Source of the DNA: an uncultured Nitrososphaeraceae archaeon
GTDB taxonomy: Archaea; Thermoproteota; Nitrososphaeria; Nitrososphaerales; Nitrososphaeraceae
Direction of reading: 5' to 3'
Assembly: GCA_963765895.1 (NCBI GenBank)
Contig: CAVXZB010000026.1
Coordinates: 1-22,068 of the forward strand
DNA length: 22,068 bases
Position 1 is the first letter of the stretch. Every line of letters starts with the position of its first letter. The position numbers and the translations under genes are program-made. Shown here piece by piece: positions 1 to 11,091 of this stretch. The notes below the pieces were generated by a model. The model saw only the letters and a program-made list of their open reading frames with translations, was not told the origin of the DNA and searched no databases.

Positions 1-29
1 ATTTATGGGGCATTAAAGTCTATGAATAC

Positions 30-43
30 AAAAGGTATAAAAG
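30..43 (+). promoter_or_regulatory. Putative archaeal BRE/TATA promoter of the integrase
   Basis: AAAAGG followed by TATAAAAG (36-43), about 27-34 nt upstream of the ATG at 70. Confidence 0.45.
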
Positions 44-69
44 TATAGATTCAGATAGTAATAGTAATC

Positions 70-1347
70 ATGGCCAACCATTCATCGTCGTTACCAACCC
101 AGCAGAGCATCAAGTCGCTGATTGAGAATAGCGAAGCAGTTTCCAAATACATCAAAAATGTCAGTATAATGAGCAAAGCAACAGCATATGCCTATAGCAG
201 AAGATTAGCGTCCTTCGAGAATTTTCTATCAATCGTATTTGGTGCATTAACCGTAGATAAACTCATTAGAAGAATTAAAGAAGGTGATCAGGATGTTTTT
301 GATGTTTTAAATGAATATAGTTCATACTTGAGCAATACTGGCATTTCAGTTGATACAATGAAACAGCGCATTATAACTGTCAAAAATTTTCTGGAATATC
401 ACGATGTAGATATTAGTCCGAAGGAAGTTTGAACTAAAGGTAAAACTACCGAAATCACTTAGAAAAAATAAAGAAGCACTATCTAAGGAAGATGTTACCG
501 ACATATTAAACGCCTGCTCAGATATTAGACTAAAAACATATGTAATGAGAGCCAGCTTCGATGGGAATGCGAGCACAGGAGGCTCTATCTCTCCGTATCA
601 AGGATTTTGATTCAGCAACTGTTCCAGTACCTATGAGATTTTCTGTAAGAGGTGAATATACTAAAACAAGGACAGATAGAACTGCATTTTTAACTAACGA
701 AATGGCACAGCAACTAAAGTTGTGGATAGACTATAAATATCGAACAAGAAGGGTATCTCATAATGATCGACATAATACAACATCAAAAAATAAAACAGTA
801 ACAGAATATAGAACACCCATCAAAGATGGTTCTGACCTAATGTTTGCGGTCTACCAAAACAAGGCCATTACGAAGACTCTTTCACTGTATCAGGATTTAG
901 TTAAATCTTTTGCAAAAACCTTGGATAGAATGGGAAAAGGTGCTAGAGAGGATGGTAACGAAAGGCGAAGACAGATAACACTGCATTCATTCAGAAGGTT
1001 TGTTAAAACTACTATATCCGACCTAGGTTATGCTGATTACTCTGAATATTTTATAGGACATTCAGGTTCTACATACTGGCGCAAGAAGGATTCGGGAAAA
1101 AGCCGAAATATTTCGCAAGATTGAGCCTTATCTGACATTTCTAAATGTCCATCAGTCAGAACGACAGGGTGCCGATATACAGACGAAGGTAGAAGAATTG
1201 GAAGAATTAAATCAGTCACTAAGACAGCATGATAAGGTAAAAGATGATGCTATAGGCCAACTATCAGATCAACTTGTATCTTTATCAGTGAGGTTGCAGG
1301 AGATCGAGAGGAGGCAGGTTGCTGGCGCGCGCGAGATTATGCTGTGA
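70..1347 (+). pseudogene. Tyrosine recombinase/integrase, frameshifted about three times (near 420, 555 and 1095)
   Basis: ORFs 70-432 and 561-1124 join via a KVKLPKSLRKNKEALSKEDV segment. Catalytic motifs are present: GMRAQE (R), KTR (K), HSFRR (HxxR), IGH and TYW (Y). A C-terminal coiled-coil tail (KIEPYLTFL...QLSDQL...EIML) ends at TGA 1345-1347. Confidence 0.9.
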
Positions 1348-2016
1348 ACAAAAAATAACAAACCTAAAAATGCGAGTATTCTTTAGCAGAAATATTGCTA
1401 GGGACTTGCACGCAGTATGGGCAAGGGTGTGTAAATCAAATTCGACCTAATTAAGGGCCCGTTAATTGCCTGACATGAAATGATGAAGCACAAAATTACG
1501 ATTTGTACCAGTGACTGACTGCCAGTTAAGAGTGAGTTGAATGTGTCAATATTTATTACACCCCAGGATACTCTAGCGCCTGCTGATCTTTTCCGTAACC
1601 TACTAAATCAGCTATACAAATGTGAGGCAAAACATTTGAGCCCAATAGATGTTAAGCATCAGCACTTTGGCATGGATTTAGAAACAATGTTAACGGTGCA
1701 AATTGAAAGTATCTATAGATAGTATCAATTTAGAGAATGTAAAGCAAAGCATTCAGTTCATATAGCAAGTTTTTACATATAGGATAATATTTGATTCAAG
1801 TCAGGTTAGTTCGATAGTAACTGAGCCATGGATGCATGCTATGTCCTCTGTCTTTCATCAGATTATGCTAAGTTAATACGTGGTGCTCATAAGAGCGCGC
1901 CCATCGTGCGTTGTACCGTTCAAACAACTGCCACTATTAGTAATCAGTAGAACACGCCCAAGCAAGATGCAAGGGATACGATGTAGTAGTCATTACCAAG
2001 TGTGAGATTCAATGAA

Positions 2017-3059
2017 TCATTCACGTGTTTGAGACATAGTCGATAGAATGTATTTACTATCTTACCAATCTCAGTCGGATATTGACTCATTACTGCGTGA
2101 CGAGCATTTTTTGATCTGTACAAGCCAGGCTCTGGAATTTTGCTTGCTAGATTTAAAGTATTTCCATGGGATGTAAATGTGATTTATTTGTTCCAGTTAT
2201 CATTCACGTGGGTTTTGCCAATTAGCTTCCTTATCACAAGCACCACTCCAGTTAGTTTTTCCCAACTAACTAGGTTATTCTGCTCATTCGTTATTTCAGG
2301 GGGCAAACCAGGCTTCATTGTTGTACTGATTAGTGTTTGCTGGAATGACAACAGATTATGATGCAGTTTAACCCATCCTGATCCTAATGAGGCAACAGCA
2401 AGCGCTTCAATTCCTGGGGAATGGGAATATTATGTAGAGATTTGTTTATATATCAGTGTGCGATTACAGAAATCCAGGTGGTTTAGGTATGCTATCTTTT
2501 CTGCCACATGTTTATCCAACAAGTATTAGTCTGTCAACCTTATCTGGATGGCCAATTGTAAATGCCTGAGCTATATGTCCTCCCAAAGAATATCCCATAA
2601 CATCTGCTTTTGGTATTTTCAGAGGATCAAGCAAACCAGCTGTATCGTTTGCTAGTTGCGGAAGTGTGTATGGTTTGGAACCAGCCGTTGAATTTCCAAT
2701 TCCACCGTTGATCAAACACAATCACTGTGTGATTTGAAGAAATACCAGTTAAAAAGGACGGATCCCAGGCATCCATACTATCAGAAGCGCCATTGAAAAG
2801 TATTATAGGGTCACCTTTGCCAAACATCTTGTACGCAACATCAATATCTCCTACATGGACTTTTTTTAATGGGATATCATGCTTATTTTACCAAATAAGT
2901 AGCACTAGAATTCGTTTGGTTTGGATCTGATTGACCATGCGCTACTTTAGTAATGCCAAAATAACCATAATTACTAATTGAAGGACCTGCGATAACAAGC
3001 ATAGATATGACAGCAATTAGGACTAGATGAACTTTCCTAACAAGTCTGTGACTTGACAC
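2017..3059 (-). pseudogene. Alpha/beta hydrolase with N-terminal signal/TM segment, multiply frameshifted
   Basis: Fragments read VHLVLIAVISMLVI, KKVHVGDIDVAYKMFGKGDPIILFNG, VIVFD, nucleophile elbow GYSLG and AWLVQIKNARHAVMSQYP (catalytic His region). Confidence 0.85.
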
Positions 3060-3145
3060 GCACCATATACTCGCTGAATAAGTGTTTGAGGTAATATTTT
3101 GACCTTAGAGAAAAAGAGTTGTCTATTCGTAAACTAAAGATGTGG

Positions 3146-3973
3146 TTAGTTAATCACCTTTATTACTACAAATTCGCATCCAATCTTTCCATTGTTCTGA
3201 TTTAACTTACAGTTCAACGGTTGGACTAAGCCTACGTCTGGAACGAATACTGTTGTTATACTATGTGAATCTTTCTCATGGACTGTCTTTGTCTTGTGAA
3301 CAACTACTACTGTGTTATGACCACCATGACGATGACGACCAGGACCACCACAGTCTTTGCTATGTAAGTTATCACATTCACATTCATGAGCTCCAGAACC
3401 TGCCTTACAGAAAAAGCCTTCCTTGGTTCTACAGTCTTTAAATGTGCCATTACAATTCGAAACGTGTTTTCGTATACTTATTGTTAGATGGGATTTGGAT
3501 CGGTATTAGGTGTTTTTGCTGGGATTAATGGATTTACTACAGGAGGGTTAGTATTTGTCACTTGCGCGGCGTTAGCATTTGCCGTTGCAGTGTCTGCTAT
3601 TGCTGGTGTTTCTTCTTGTACTGGTGCTGATTCTGGTGTTGCCGTATTATCGGTAGAACCACTATCACTAGTTCCTGTATCGGCTGAACCACTATCGCTT
3701 AATCTGTATCACCATTGTCACTTGAACCACTGTCTGGACCACCATTATCACTTGTTCCTGAATCACTACTACCGCTATCACTACCGCCGCCATTATCGCT
3801 TGAACCGCTGTCGCTACCGCCATTGTCACCATTATCGCTGGTTCCTGAATCACTACTATCGTCGCCGCACTATCTGAATCCTTAGCCTCGACCAGACCCA
3901 CACTAAAACCACTGGCCGAAACCATAGAAGCTGCCAAGCCAACAATCAAAAATAAAATAATAAATTTATTCAT
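3146..3973 (-). CDS. Secreted protein with a Gly/Ser/Asp-rich linker and a Cys-rich C-terminal domain (frameshifted)
   Basis: Signal peptide MNKFIILFLIVGLAASMVSA. An alternative frame gives DSGTSDNG/DSGSSDNG repeats, then TPESAPVQEETP and DCRTKEGFFCKAGSGAHECECD...PLNCKLNQNNGKIGCEFVVIKVIN, ending at TAA 3146-3148. Confidence 0.65.
3640..3875 (-). repeat. Low-complexity coding repeats (DSG[T/S]SDNG)
   Basis: Recurring plus-strand words GTTCCTGAATCACTACTA, CCATTATC and TTGAACC. Confidence 0.7.
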
Positions 3974-4737
3974 TATTTACTTTCAGCCCTTGGTGGTAAA
4001 CCCTTCTTTGATTCCTCCACGAAACCCGTTACGACCTTATATCCAGAATTTCTTAACTCTACAATCACAGAATTTAGCACTATTGCCATCATGACTGTTG
4101 GCATTACGATAATTGATTTGGCCTTACTCCACATGTCACAATTGTAGTGATAGATGTTATTGAACATTCTGCTTAATATTTATAGAAGAAGATTCTAATT
4201 GCAGTTGATTAGAAACGAAGTGCCATTTCGTCGTCAAGACCTGTAACTATAATGTGGAACAGTGTTTGATAGTGTAGGACAATGTGAGACCATATCAATA
4301 GATATCTGTTGATAAGGTTATAGGCGTCCGAAGATTAGATGACCTTCGGTTCTATGTGGATCAATGAGTTATCGGAAACTGCCGAATTCTGGTGTGATAG
4401 GATAAAGCTTAGGTTCTGCTCTACTTCATTTACTTTCTGACTACTAGGGGGAAAATTTCTTTCTGTGAAGGGGGTGAAAGAAAAAATTATCCCCTTGTAA
4501 ACGATCGCATCAGTAAATGCAGATGTTGCTGCTGTTCTTGAAGATAATGGTCTGAATATCTTACTATATTTGCAGAACTTAAGCGCGTGCAGCTATATTA
4601 ATAATAATGTCTTGCTTTCTTATGATCCGATTAATGTCATTTGGAATGTCTATCATCGGCTGGCTTTTGCTTCGAATTACTGGGAAGCGTCGGCTACTGA
4701 AAATGATATGTGCGTCGGAGGAAAGTTCAAAACCACC

Positions 4738-4884
4738 ATGGCATTGAAGCGGTCAAAAAAGAACTGGCACCACATACAAGAAAAAGGTTCTGTCCGATTT
4801 CCTTTGGATAAGCCAATCACATATGAGCTTGTGAAAAAGATTATCAGATATATAGCGAGGGAAATTTTAGGAGAGGGGAAATAA
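4738..4884 (+). pseudogene. C-terminal fragment of a DUF1801/YdhG-like protein
   Basis: KKELAP...KGSVRFPLDKPITYELVKKIIRY matches the typical DUF1801 C-terminus. No recognisable N-terminal part. Confidence 0.6.
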
Positions 4885-5553
4885 ATCAGAAAGACAATTG
4901 TCCTGTCTTTCATAACCCTTGACAACGTGATGCAGGCTCCGGGTGGGCCTGAAGAAGATCCTACTGGAGGGTTCGAACACGAAGGCTGGGTAGCTGGATA
5001 CTTTGACGACTTTCTTCTTAGTGTGATGATCAAGCAGACGAGTAAACCTTTTGATTTATTGCTTGGCAGAAAAACGTACGAGATATTTGCAGCGTACTGG
5101 CCATACGTGAACGCAAATCAAAACCCATTCGCGGCCAGACTCAATAATGCCAAGAAATACGTAGCTTCAAAGACCTTGACAAAGCTTGATTGAAATAATT
5201 CAGAACTGATAAATGGTGATGTTCCAGAGGAAATTAAAAGGATAAAGGAGCAGGATGGGCCAGAAATACAAGTTCATGGCGGCAGCAATCTTGTTCAGAC
5301 ACTCTTAAAGTATGACTTGGTCGAGGAGCTTTGGCTAAAAATATTTCCTGTTACTCTTAGCACGGGCAAGCGCTTGTTTGCAGAAGGTACAATTCCAGCT
5401 GGGTTCAAACTTCTTGAAAGCGGGATTTCGCCAAGCGGAGTTATAATCGCCAATTACGAGCGCTCAGGAGGAGTCAAGACGGGGTCACTTGGGCTAGAAA
5501 CACCAAGCAAGGCCGAACTTAATCGCCGCAACAAGTTAAAGGAAGGTGGATAA
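4885..5553 (+). pseudogene. Dihydrofolate reductase-family (RibD C-terminal-like) protein with a lost start codon and an internal nonsense codon
   Basis: One frame reads (I)RKTIVLSFITLDNVMQAPGGPEED...LLLGRKTYEIFAAYWP...LD*NNSELI...IQVHGGSNLVQTLL...GKRLF. ATC at 4885 stands where ATG is expected, and TGA at 5191 where Trp is expected. Confidence 0.88.
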
Positions 5554-5811
5554 AATAAGTCCTGCAACTACATATATCTATGCGAATACACGCCAAGATG
5601 TTAGAGCCACCCTGGCTCACTACAAGCAACTGGTACCATAGGCAGCAGGGCAGTTTCTGACATGTAATATTAATGCAGATTAGCCGTTCATAAACTTCCA
5701 ATACAGTTTTTTTAGACTGCTCTACTGGAAATGTTGTCATGATAAGGACACTCCCTCTACTTGCAGTTCTTCAGCCTATAGAAATCACTACCTACCTACA
5801 GAATGTAACAA

Positions 5812-6009
5812 TTGCCCAAAACTAAAGAGAAGGAACTAACGGTAAAGGAGGTTAAAGATATGATATACAAAGCAATTCAGAAGAAGCAAAAGTCGGTAGA
5901 CCAGGAAAAGTTCAACATGCGAATCGTTGAGGAAAATCTAGCAGAGGTAGAAGCCATGCAACAAATATATGCAATGATATTGGACGAAGAACATCGAAGA
6001 AAGAGATAA
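5812..6009 (+). CDS. Small charged helical hypothetical protein (65 aa)
   Basis: Intact K/E-rich ORF with a coiled-coil-like pattern. Confidence 0.5.
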   Translation: MPKTKEKELTVKEVKDMIYKAIQKKQKSVDQEKFNMRIVEENLAEVEAMQQIYAMILDEEHRRKR

Positions 6010-6502
6010 ATCATTTCCGGAACAGACAAACTAATTTAGAATTCCGATTAATTGTCAAAATTGACTATTATTTACACATACCAAGACCAAGCGATTTTTT
6101 ATCTCAATCAACTAAGTTACAAATGGTAGTATCTTGCCGAATCGAAACGTTCAAACATCATCTCAATCGGTGTCTGCTGATTGGTAAAAGCCCCATGTAT
6201 GCCGATTCAGTAGAGTCTTTACCGTCCTAATTGACGCACACTTGAGGAGACGATAAACCGAATATGAGCGACGTCCTCATTTCTTCTTTAACTCCTTCGA
6301 GCACCAGGGATAGTACTTGAATGGTTCTAGCGACGCTATAGGTCTATCATATTGACTATCACGAATGTACCAACCGTCTTTTGTTATAGAATGATATGCG
6401 TCTTCACCGGCTTTGAAGTAACAAAAGTCGTCGTAATCTACCGCCTTCTCAAACTCTATATTATTATCCTAACTTTCCTATTTCTTTTTTGGTGTGGTAG
6501 GC

Positions 6503-6773
6503 GCGCGCCTCTAGACAAATGTACATAAATTTTTTGTCTTGACCCAGAGGCACAGATCTATACATCTGATCCGTCTTTTTTAGAAGTATTTATAATCTGG
6601 CACGCCGCATATCTGTATTGAATGCCAGCTTTTCCGGTATGATTTTGCTGTACTTCATATGAATCCGACATTGTCCAATTTATTATAATTTGGATATCAA
6701 CAGAACTAATAAGCTGACTCAAATCTGCTAACTGCTACTATCTATAGATATTATCAATTTGATGGGTTGATAT
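6503..6773. repeat. Conserved non-coding element, copy A, left part
   Basis: Colinear with 15286-15557 through the blocks GCGCGCCTC, TTTATAAyCTGGCAC, GCTTTTCC, TTGTCC and TGCTACTATCTATAGATAT (19/19), at near-identical offsets. Confidence 0.85.
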
Positions 6774-6780
6774 GGCTATA

Positions 6781-6870
6781 GTTAAAGCTACAGATGGCTC
6801 CTCAATGACTTCAAATTACTCATGGTCATTTACTACAGTTGATACCAATCTATCATCTAAGATTAACTAG
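6781..6870 (+). pseudogene. Orphan C-terminal tail of an Ig-like (Big_5/SbsA-type) domain
   Basis: Translates as VKATDGSSMTSNYSWSFTTVDTNLSSKIN*. YSWSFTT resembles the terminal strand of this domain. Confidence 0.5.
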
Positions 6871-7052
6871 AGGAATCTATTCGTCCTGACGTAGTTAGAA
6901 CCAAAATCTAGTTGCATTAAATTACGCCACCTATCAAACCAGTTAAACAAGACTGTACTGTTTAAAAGTTGAAATAGTAGATTTTGAATGAAACTTCAGC
7001 ATGATATCCTACCCTGAGAGAATAAACGATTACACTTCGAGGTGAATCTATA

Positions 7053-8050
7053 ATGGAGGATCAGAGTCTTCAAGTTTCAAGTCTTCCGCCAATACGAGAA
7101 CGCGTTGGACTCATTGTACATGGTTCTAACGCGGCGATTGCGGTCAAAGCTATTGTTACAGCAGAAGCTGCCGGAGTGCGACAGATATGGATGGCCCAAC
7201 CACCTGTTTTGCCAGATGTATTAACGATGTTTCACTGCAGCAACAAAAACGTCTACGGTACGCCTGGGAACCTCGATTACACCAACCTATCCACGTCATC
7301 CCTTGGTCCTGGCTCAGCAGGTTCTAGCTTTATACGATCTTGCACCTGGTCGATTGCGTCTTGGAATAGGCCCCAGTCACCGCTTTATTATAGAAGATAT
7401 TTATGGTCTGCAACAGAAAACGCCATTAGCCCATCTGCGCGAATATCTGAAAGTACTGCGTGCTGCACTCTGGCAGGGAAAGGTGGATCATCATGGACAC
7501 TTCTATAACGTTAAAGCCACATTACCACGCACGTCGCAGATTCCGATACTTATTTCAACGCTAGGAATATCGGCATTTCAATTCGCTGGACAAATAGCTG
7601 ATGGAGCCCTTACATGGGTATGTCCTGTTCCGTATCTGCTTAATACTGGAATTCCAGCTTTACGTACCATCAGCAGCTGCAGTTGGACGATCTCCGCCTC
7701 CATTGGTGGCATATGTACCGGTAGCAGTTACCGAAGATCGGCATGCTGTTCTAGCCGCAGGACACCAAATGCTTGACTTTTATGCTAAGATCCCTTTCTA
7801 TGCTGCCATGTTCTCTAATGCAGGTTTTTCATTGACATCAGACCAGACGGTACCTGATGCTCTTGTAGATAGCTTGGTTATTTCTGGAAATGAATCAATA
7901 GTGGCTGCTCGGCTTACCGAACTTCTGGCTCCAGGTCTAGACGAGCTAATGGTATCGCTAGTGCACACAACAGGTGCAGGTGATGATGGGGGTGATGGTG
8001 ATGATGATGATGAGCAGACACGACTCATACATTTGATCGGTCGGTTATAA
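7053..8050 (+). CDS. LLM-class (luciferase-like) flavin/F420-dependent oxidoreductase, two frameshifts
   Basis: Motifs AEAAGVRQIWM, PRHPLVLAQQ, PGRLRLGIGPSH and AGQIADG run across ORFs 7053-7508, 7303-7776 and 7601-8050. Confidence 0.88.
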
Positions 8051-8142
8051 GATTGTGAGCTCTTTCATCACAGTATAACAAGATCAACTCATTGTGGTTT
8101 TCTGTAAGGGCTAGCCCTAATCCATCGATTTGGAAAGTCGAA

Positions 8143-8194
8143 GATATTAAGTTCATCAAATCCTGATAATTTTACCTATGAATAGGATCCACTA
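8143..8194. repeat. Conserved non-coding element, copy A, right part
   Basis: GATATTAAGTTCATCA (16/16) and TACCTATsAATAGGATC match 15553-15605. Confidence 0.85.
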
Positions 8195-8653
8195 GTTATG
8201 AGTAAGTTTGGACAATATTAATAACTCTGATTTATGCGTCGCTGGATCTTTGTACTTGATGTGGTGCTCTATGGATTCCAGATTTGTGTTCTTTATTTCA
8301 GGATGCAACCTACAGTAATAGTATCCATCCTTTATAGATATAATATGACAACATGGGCTCTGGTCCAATTCATGGTCTGGTAGCGCTACGTAAGGCATAG
8401 TTGGATCATCATAAAAGAAGTTGGTTACAGAGATGACTTTGGTTGCCTCGCTGTTTGTACTTGATAACGAAGCGTGGTGTAACGGGGAACATGAACTCGC
8501 GTACCCCTCGACTTCCCCGCCAGGTTTCCAGTTTGTATCGCTAGCGAATTGAGCGTGATTTTCGCCAGAACGGGAACTCTGGAAAGTCGGGGAACCTGCC
8601 GGTACTTCTAGCCCATTAGATGATGCCACTTCATTTTCATTTTCACCTGCCAC
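8192..8653 (-). pseudogene. Probable C-terminal remnant of an element replication protein: repeat-rich linker plus Cys/His zinc-finger-like end
   Basis: A low-complexity linker overlaps GGGAAC triads and ends in YYYCRLHPEIKNTNLESIEHHIKYKDP. This layout parallels the MCM tail at 19101-19460. The assignment is an inference. Confidence 0.45.
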
Positions 8654-8746
8654 AGATAAGGCAAGTCCCCGAGTTTCCCGGTTCCCAGTTTGTGCTCAAA
8701 TTGAGCGTGAATTGGACCATTTTCAGACGGGGAACTTGCCGGGAAA
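8482..8746. repeat. GGGAAC/GTTCCC iteron-like repeat cluster
   Basis: Two units share CCAGTTTGT (8528, 8685), AATTGAGCGTGA (8547, 8699) and GGGAACT (8572, 8730). Roughly 9-bp-period triads occur at 8571-8597 and, inverted, at 8663-8688. Confidence 0.7.
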
Positions 8747-8899
8747 ATTTCTAATGGCATAGTTTTCGATTCCCCCGGTGCGAACATCTTGCTTTATCAA
8801 TATAATGCTCTTGGTATGGCTTGCTCGATTCAGGCCTCTCATAAGGTCGTTATAGAAGAGGATATCAACAAAACAGGAATTTTAGATTTTGAAAAGTGA

Positions 8900-10396
8900 C
8901 TATGTGCCAGACAATTCCCTTCTTAAACTAGCAACTATTGCTTTCATCTGTTCCTTACTCTCGTCATATCCGTCTTGAATTAGCTGTCTGACCGTAGTTT
9001 TTGAAAAGTCAAATGTCTTATTTGAAATAGTATGACTGTCGTTCTTTCGCTCCAAGCGAGCAACAAAATCAACATCTACTCTACCCTTTACTAAATCAAT
9101 ATATCTCCCATGCTTGCCCGTGGCTAAAAAAGTAGCCTTAGCTTTTCTATTCAAAATTGTTTGGAGTGCTTCTTTACTCATACCATTCTCTTCGGCTAAT
9201 TTAATTAGCTGGTCTGCGAGTGTTGCATAATCAGATATAAGAACTGCAACATATTCATCAAATTCTGTTCTATCATGGTATATGATATCGTTCTTCCTGT
9301 CAATAACGCCATCATAATCATAAGAAGGATATTCTTGTTTAATCGGATGGAGATTTATTATACCAAATTTGAGACTTGGTATATTATCTTCTAATTTTCT
9401 AACTCGCTTCCAATAATGCTTGTGAGCAAGGTAGGTCTGTCTTAGAGGTGTATTAGCTAATAGTCCACCGTCCCAGAAGATGCGTAAGTCGCTATTACTT
9501 TCATCATTTGATGAAGGCCGATTAATCTCCATGGCTCCTTTTTTCTCTTCTCGTCCTTCACCCATGGCCAGGTTTCGGGTTTCCACATTTATCCTAGTAT
9601 AATCGTAATTAACTGGAACTGAGCAGCTGGCCAAAACGAAATCGGACTTTATGCCATCATCGTATCTTATAACGTGCTCAAATGCCTCTTTCTCCTGATT
9701 CTCATTCTGATTCTTCGCTGAATCTATAAATTTAACTCTACCATATCTACCGTATTCTGACTTTCTTGTTCCATCCTCTTTTTCATAGCTATCGAAAACC
9801 ACAGGAGTAGCCTCTTGCACATCCACGGCAACTAGCAAGAGTCTGGGTTCATTATTCTCGAAGCTTGTGGAAATAGGAAACTTGGCAAACTTTTCCAAGC
9901 TTTCTTTTAATGGTCTGTTGTCATAGACATACCACGTATTTGAAGGATCAAAAAATCTATTGTCTGGCAAAGGTGTCTTTGGTATAAACACATGGGGAAC
10001 TCCTTTAAAAATAAATTCCTTAGTGCTAAAATATCTTCTAGCAGATTCTCCTGAAGCAATTCGTCTATCTAATCTACGCCAAGAATCCCAATAATTTGTA
10101 AAGTATGGTATGTTTTCAACAGACGACTGAGTAGACAGATATTCCCAAAACTCGACAAGCCTTTCGCCTGATCCTTCCCATGTTTTATTTTCCTTTACAT
10201 AGCTTACTAGTAAAGGAGCATTTATTGCGCCTATTGACGTTCCGGATACGATATGAAATATTGGCTCGTTTCCTCTGTCTACTGTTCTAAAGTATGCTGA
10301 AAGTTCTTCATTAATGGCTTTATAGGCACCCGCTTCATATGCACCAAGCGAACCGCCTCCTTGAAATATTAATGCTCTGTTGATACTGGAATTCAT
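8900..10396 (-). CDS. Patatin-like phospholipase (498 aa, intact)
   Basis: Oxyanion motif QGGGSLGAY, nucleophile GTSIG and catalytic WDGG. Confidence 0.93.
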   Translation of the reverse strand: MNSSINRALIFQGGGSLGAYEAGAYKAINEELSAYFRTVDRGNEPIFHIVSGTSIGAINAPLLVSYVKENKTWEGSGERLVEFWEYLSTQSSVENIPYFTNYWDSWRRLDRRIASGESARRYFSTKEFIFKGVPHVFIPKTPLPDNRFFDPSNTWYVYDNRPLKESLEKFAKFPISTSFENNEPRLLLVAVDVQEATPVVFDSYEKEDGTRKSEYGRYGRVKFIDSAKNQNENQEKEAFEHVIRYDDGIKSDFVLASCSVPVNYDYTRINVETRNLAMGEGREEKKGAMEINRPSSNDESNSDLRIFWDGGLLANTPLRQTYLAHKHYWKRVRKLEDNIPSLKFGIINLHPIKQEYPSYDYDGVIDRKNDIIYHDRTEFDEYVAVLISDYATLADQLIKLAEENGMSKEALQTILNRKAKATFLATGKHGRYIDLVKGRVDVDFVARLERKNDSHTISNKTFDFSKTTVRQLIQDGYDESKEQMKAIVASLRRELSGT

Positions 10397-10418
10397 AAAA
10401 TCTTATTCACATCATCTG

Positions 10419-10432
10419 GTATATTTATTATT
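10419..10432 (-). promoter_or_regulatory. Putative TATA box for patatin 1
   Basis: Minus-strand AATAATAAATATA about 25-35 nt upstream of the ATG at 10396. Confidence 0.35.
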
Positions 10433-11091
10433 GTAAGGAAGCGGCACTGCATTGTTAATAGCTTGAATATAACGGATATCAATTGTCTTATCAAGGATTT
10501 AGGAATACCTGCGGAAATAGTATCTCTATATTTCAATATTTGATACTTCCGAGCATTTACTCAACTATTTAGTACAATTCATCTTAGTAATGTCTAAGAA
10601 GAACTCGTGAATGGTCCCGCCGAGTCTAACACTCAACGATGATGAAAGTTTGAAAGGGGGAAGCATCGGAATCAGACGATATTTCAGTAGAAATGGGATA
10701 TCCATTCAAAGTAACAACGAAGAGTGATATAGAAACGGCAGCAATCCTGAACGGGCATCCTCCTGGGGCAGTTGGTCACTACAGCATGATGCCGCTTATA
10801 GTATCAGGGCAATCAAAGCGCTGACAAGGCATATCTATGAATTCACTGAGGAATGCATGAGTCAGGGAGGAACCACGAAGATATTTGATGTTGATGATAC
10901 TGAGGTATTACTAGACAGTCTGCTTAAGAAATATTATATAAATTAGTAAGGAAAATACCCAAAACTTATAATCAGACCATAAAGTTTCAGTAGAGGGCTT
11001 ATTGTGGGCAGGTGTTCCTATGTGTGGCCCCCAATTCTTCGATAAGTAGCTGGCTCTTTTAGCTTTTTGGTGTACTCGCAAAAATTAGGCC

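Noticed and set aside
346-2361. Short ORFs 346-576, 1037-1219, 1537-1722 and 2140-2361
   Set aside because: They are antisense to the integrase or hydrolase, or lack any motif support.
3253-3877. Plus-strand ORFs with His/Tyr/Arg-rich or hydrophobic runs
   Set aside because: They are antisense shadows of the low-complexity secreted protein on the minus strand.
5191-5193. TGA recoding (Sec or Trp) in the DHFR-like gene
   Set aside because: The position is normally Trp, TGA ends other genes here, and the start codon is also mutated. A nonsense mutation or sequencing error is the simpler explanation.
6277-6470. Startless minus-strand frame NIEFEKAVDYDDFCYF...KELKKK* (and a similar broken frame at about 10610-10946,+)
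   Set aside because: These may be gene relics, but they have no start codon or recognisable motif.
8107-8118. Perfect palindrome AGGGCTAGCCCT downstream of the LLM gene
   Set aside because: It is a single short occurrence with no T-tract or second copy, so no function can be assigned.
8900-10396. CBASS-type defence operon
   Set aside because: No nucleotidyltransferase, sensor or ancillary genes are recognisable near either patatin.
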